From Camelus ferus (taxonomy: Eukaryota): a stretch of DNA of 64,000 bases. The notes below the pieces were generated by a model. That model was given only the letters and a program-made list of their open reading frames with translations, was not told where the DNA came from and ran no database searches. Shown here piece by piece: positions 60,200-64,000 of this stretch. The translations under genes and the position numbers were made by a program. The stretch spans positions 13,828,001-13,892,000 of the forward strand of contig NC_045698.1 in the NCBI RefSeq assembly GCF_009834535.1. The letters are read 5' to 3'. Positions within the stretch are counted from its first letter, which is position 1. Every line of letters begins with the position of its first letter.

Positions 60200-62700
60200 G
60201 CCATTATCCAGAAAAGTCCAAAATTACACTTATAACAACAGACTAGTAGATTTTTTAAAAGACTAGTAAAAAAGATAAGATTTAGGCAGATTTATTAATT
60301 TATCAAAGAACATGAGAAGGCAAAAACTAACCATCTTAGGAAAAAGGGAGCTTAAATACATATACAGAGGATATTAAAAATAATAATTTTTCATTATCCA
60401 TTAAGAAAATAGATGGATTAAAACATGTTATAGGTGGCTTTAAAAGGAGTAGAAAATCACAATAGTACTACAGTAACTAAAGACGATCAATTTTTAGGTA
60501 AAAAATCATTTTTCAAAGAGAACAAATCAGGCCCAGATAAAAGTACCTGGAGTTAAAGAAACAGGTAACTTCAGTATTACACATCTTTTCCCTAGAAAAC
60601 AGAGCGAGGAGGAAACATTCTACAACTGTTTTCTGTGTCTGATAAAACGTTAATATCAACACCAGATGCTCCTATTCATGAGAGGTATTAGCTGTCAATG
60701 GACTAAACAAAATAACACAAAACCCATTCCACTGGTGTGTAAAATAAAATCTATCATTGATTTAGTTCCAGGAATGCTTGTTTAGTTTGATATTAAAGGA
60801 AGGAAAGAAAGAAAGTAGGAAGGAAGAAGTGAGAGAGGGAGGGAAGAAGGGAGGGAAAAAAATAAAGAAAGGAAAATTTTAGAAAGCATGTAAGTTATGC
60901 ACAAAGCTATCAATTAAAGGAAGGACCGAAAAATAGAGGCTCATCTTAATACACAGAAAAGACAAAATAAAACAAGGTAAAATAAAGAAAAACAAAAAAA
61001 ACCCTTAGCAAACTAGGAACAGAATATTCCCCCTCAACCTGATTAAGGATATATGAAACAAACAACAGCCACAACAAAAACTACAAGAAACATTATTCTT
61101 AGTGGTGAAAAACCAACAGTAGTTAATAAACAAAGCTATAAGGATCTGAGAAATAAATCTAACAAAGTACACGAAAGGCTTATATGCAAAACGCTTCACT
61201 GAACGCCATTAATTAAGATCTAAAGTTATGAGCTCTATCATCTATGCGGTTGGAAGACAAAATATAAACAAAGTCCGCCTCTCCAAATTGGTGCGTATTT
61301 TCAATATAATCTAAATCCAATGAGAAATGTTCATAGAAATTGAAAGCTGATTCTGAGATTAGTAAGTACTAATATTGTCCAGACTTGTATGAAGAAGTTC
61401 AATAGAGGATACTTGCTTTACCACATATCAAGCCCTATTATATGAGATTAGAGCCCGTCACTGTGACAGCGGCAAAGGAATAGACAAACAGAAACAGAAA
61501 ACAGAACCCAGCCACAGATCCACTACATAGAGAAATAATATACGGTAATGAAGCTACTGCAGATGAGTGCGCTAAGAACAGATTGACCAAGAAACAGTAT
61601 TAGTAAAGCTTGGTATCTGTGTCATCATCATCATTATAAAATGGGCCATACATTGCACTGTACACAAAAATATGTTTTAAACAATTAAGGACTTAGATTA
61701 TAAGGTAAAATTATACATACTTTAGGAAAAAATATTAGCATATAATACATTAAGGTTCATGAATGATTTCAGCACAAAAATGCACTATTATAAAGGAAGC
61801 ATTGATAAATTTCATTAAATTCAAATGTGACTTCTTTTCAGTTCCTCCAAATATGCCACAAAGAGGAAAAAAAATGTCATAAAATGAGTGAAGATATTTG
61901 CAGCACATATAACTGACAAAGGATCTGTATCTATAACATACAGTGTGTTGAATCAATATGAAAAAGAGAGAGCACAATATCAAAATGGGTAAAATGAAGG
62001 GCAAACATTTAACAGAAGAAGTGGTATAAATGGCAAATAAATATATGAAAAAGTTTTCAACTTCAATAGTGCTGAAAGAAATGCACATTAATCGAAATAA
62101 GTTACCAGTTTAATCTCAACAATACTGACAAAACAAAATTTAAGACATTTGATGAGATTCTCCAAGTGCTGGATTGAATATACACCAATGGGAATGCCTA
62201 TAAATTAAAGTAAGACACATGTAATAATTCATACAGTTGCATATTCTCATGCACAAGGTCCAGCCATTTCCCTGGCTTATATATGTAGGAAAACCCTGGA
62301 ACACATACATCACAAGCAAAATTAATAGGAACACCAGGGAAACACAAATGTCCAACAACAGCTAATTAGATGCAATAACTCTGATGTATTTATATCATGA
62401 GAGAGAAAATAAATGAATAACAATGTAGCTACGACATGGATAAATCTTAGAAATGAAATGTTGATTGAAATATTTTTTCAGAAATATCTCAGAAGACAGC
62501 ATTCAAATATGGTAAATTTTTGTAAAGCTGAAAAAAAATATGCAAAACTAAATTGATTACAAAATGAAATAGTATATTTTTGAGGATAATGTTCTTCACA
62601 ACACTAATTAACTACAGTGATACAGTAAAATTTGTTTATTATTATACTTTGCAATATCTTCTTTGCAGATGTTGAATAGTACATTAAATATACAAAAAGA
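60200..62700 (+). mobile_element. Old L1 (L1ME-like) ORF2 3' half and 3'UTR, degenerate
   Basis: caggcccagat...cccttagcaaactaggaacagaa...ccctcaacctgattaaggatata...aaagctgattctgagatt...gaagatatttgcagcacatataactgacaaagga...catggataaatcttagaaa. Confidence 0.8.
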
Positions 62701-64000
62701 TATAGAAACGTCTCAAAATTAATATATTCTATAAATCGCTTAATACAGAATAATTAATAGTATTGGCATTAATTTTTGTCAATATACAATTAAAGTTACT
62801 TTGATGTTTATGTACTATATTAAATAATTTTATATTATAAAAATAAATGGATCCATTAAATTAAAATTATTTAAATGTTGATTTAAATATTTTCTTATTG
62901 GGAATGACTTATGAAAGAAGGCATTGCTACAGCTTTTCTAGAAGCTAATATTGATCATACTTGTTATTTTTATCATTTTAAAACTAAGAGAGAATATTCA
63001 GTCTGAATTCTCACTTTGTAAATTACAAAACTGAAACTGACACAGTTTAAATGACATATCTTGGTGAAGCCAGGGCTCTGATTTACTTCTTAGGTCTTAT
63101 TATTGCCACTACATTAATATTTCTTTTCTATTGTGACCATTGTACATATTTTAATGTATTCCTAAATTTCTAAACAAGGTATGTGCTCACTTCTGAGGAC
63201 AAAAAGCAATCTGTCCTAGAAATCTGAGGCAAGAATAATATTATCAGTTTTAATCACTGGTATCAGCATCCTTAAAAGGAGTTCTCTGCTCCTTTTCTGA
63301 ATAGGAAAGGTTAGAAGCAACTTTAGTGTATCAGAAAAATGTTTTGTAGGAGAGGATTCTGGAAATACTACATCTTGAGAAAGGACTAGAATAAAAGAAC
63401 AACTAAGCATCTGACAGTTTTCAGCTGTCACCTCACTGCCCCATGTCTGCACTGTCCATTCTGTCCTCTGGAACCGGAGCAGGCTTGTACACATTCCACA
63501 CTTGGGTACAGGAAACTAAGTCCTTCTGGATGGAAACAGACTTCTTCCATGTTGTTCCAAAGTCATCTTATATCCCCAGTGTACCATTACTCTTCCAGCA
63601 CTTAAGGATCAGGAGCACAGCATTGGGATCAGATACCAATTTGTCTGTGGACTTTACTACCATTGTGTTCTGGGGGAAGCTGAACTGAATCTAACCTTAC
63701 TGTAGATGCCACTAATAATCTGTATGACACACCATCGGGGTAACCACAGGCGGGACCGATAAAGAGTTATGAAAAACAGAATGGCAGAGTAAGCTTAGCA
63801 TCACTACTGATGCAAACTGAATCATTGCTGTCTATTTCCTAAAAGTAGGGTGATGTGTGAAATCTATAGCTTTAATTCCGGGTAATTAGAGCTGAAAACC
63901 TGCTGTAGCCTTGTGGTCACTTATGGCTACTAAAATGCATTCTAGTATTTTCTGCTCAATAATGAAATTAGCTAAATCTATATTAGTATATTGGCAAGTT

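Noticed and set aside
59455..64000. Next upstream CDH18 exon (EC4)
   Set aside because: No cadherin-like reading frame with splice sites was found; the region is mostly L1 and unique intronic DNA, so the exon lies beyond the window.

Overview
AT-rich mammalian genomic DNA containing the 3' end of the type II cadherin gene CDH18 on the minus strand. Four coding exons were mapped by hand, all with GT-AG boundaries and matching phases: 59333-59454, 48040-48157, 28664-28915 and 19149-19639. They encode the end of EC4, EC5, the transmembrane helix and the cytoplasmic tail ending [11 protein letters not shown] short 3'UTR with AATAAA follows, then about 19 kb of downstream intergenic DNA. The rest of the window is mostly interspersed repeats (old L1, L2, MIR, MLT1, LTR16, ERV-type solo LTRs, MER3, MER33, Tigger) and microsatellites. 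Two tRNA-Ala-derived SINEs resembling the camelid Vic-1 family suggest a camel, alpaca or llama genome (inference). Nearly all other ORFs in the track are spurious. The most unusual region is a CpG-retaining, exon-like block in the last intron (about 24320-24900). It combines a good splice acceptor, a reading frame that would continue the transmembrane helix but for one TAG, a sense-strand hairpin, an 18-nt direct repeat and a downstream AATAAA. Repeat family names come from recalled consensus sequences and their boundaries are approximate.
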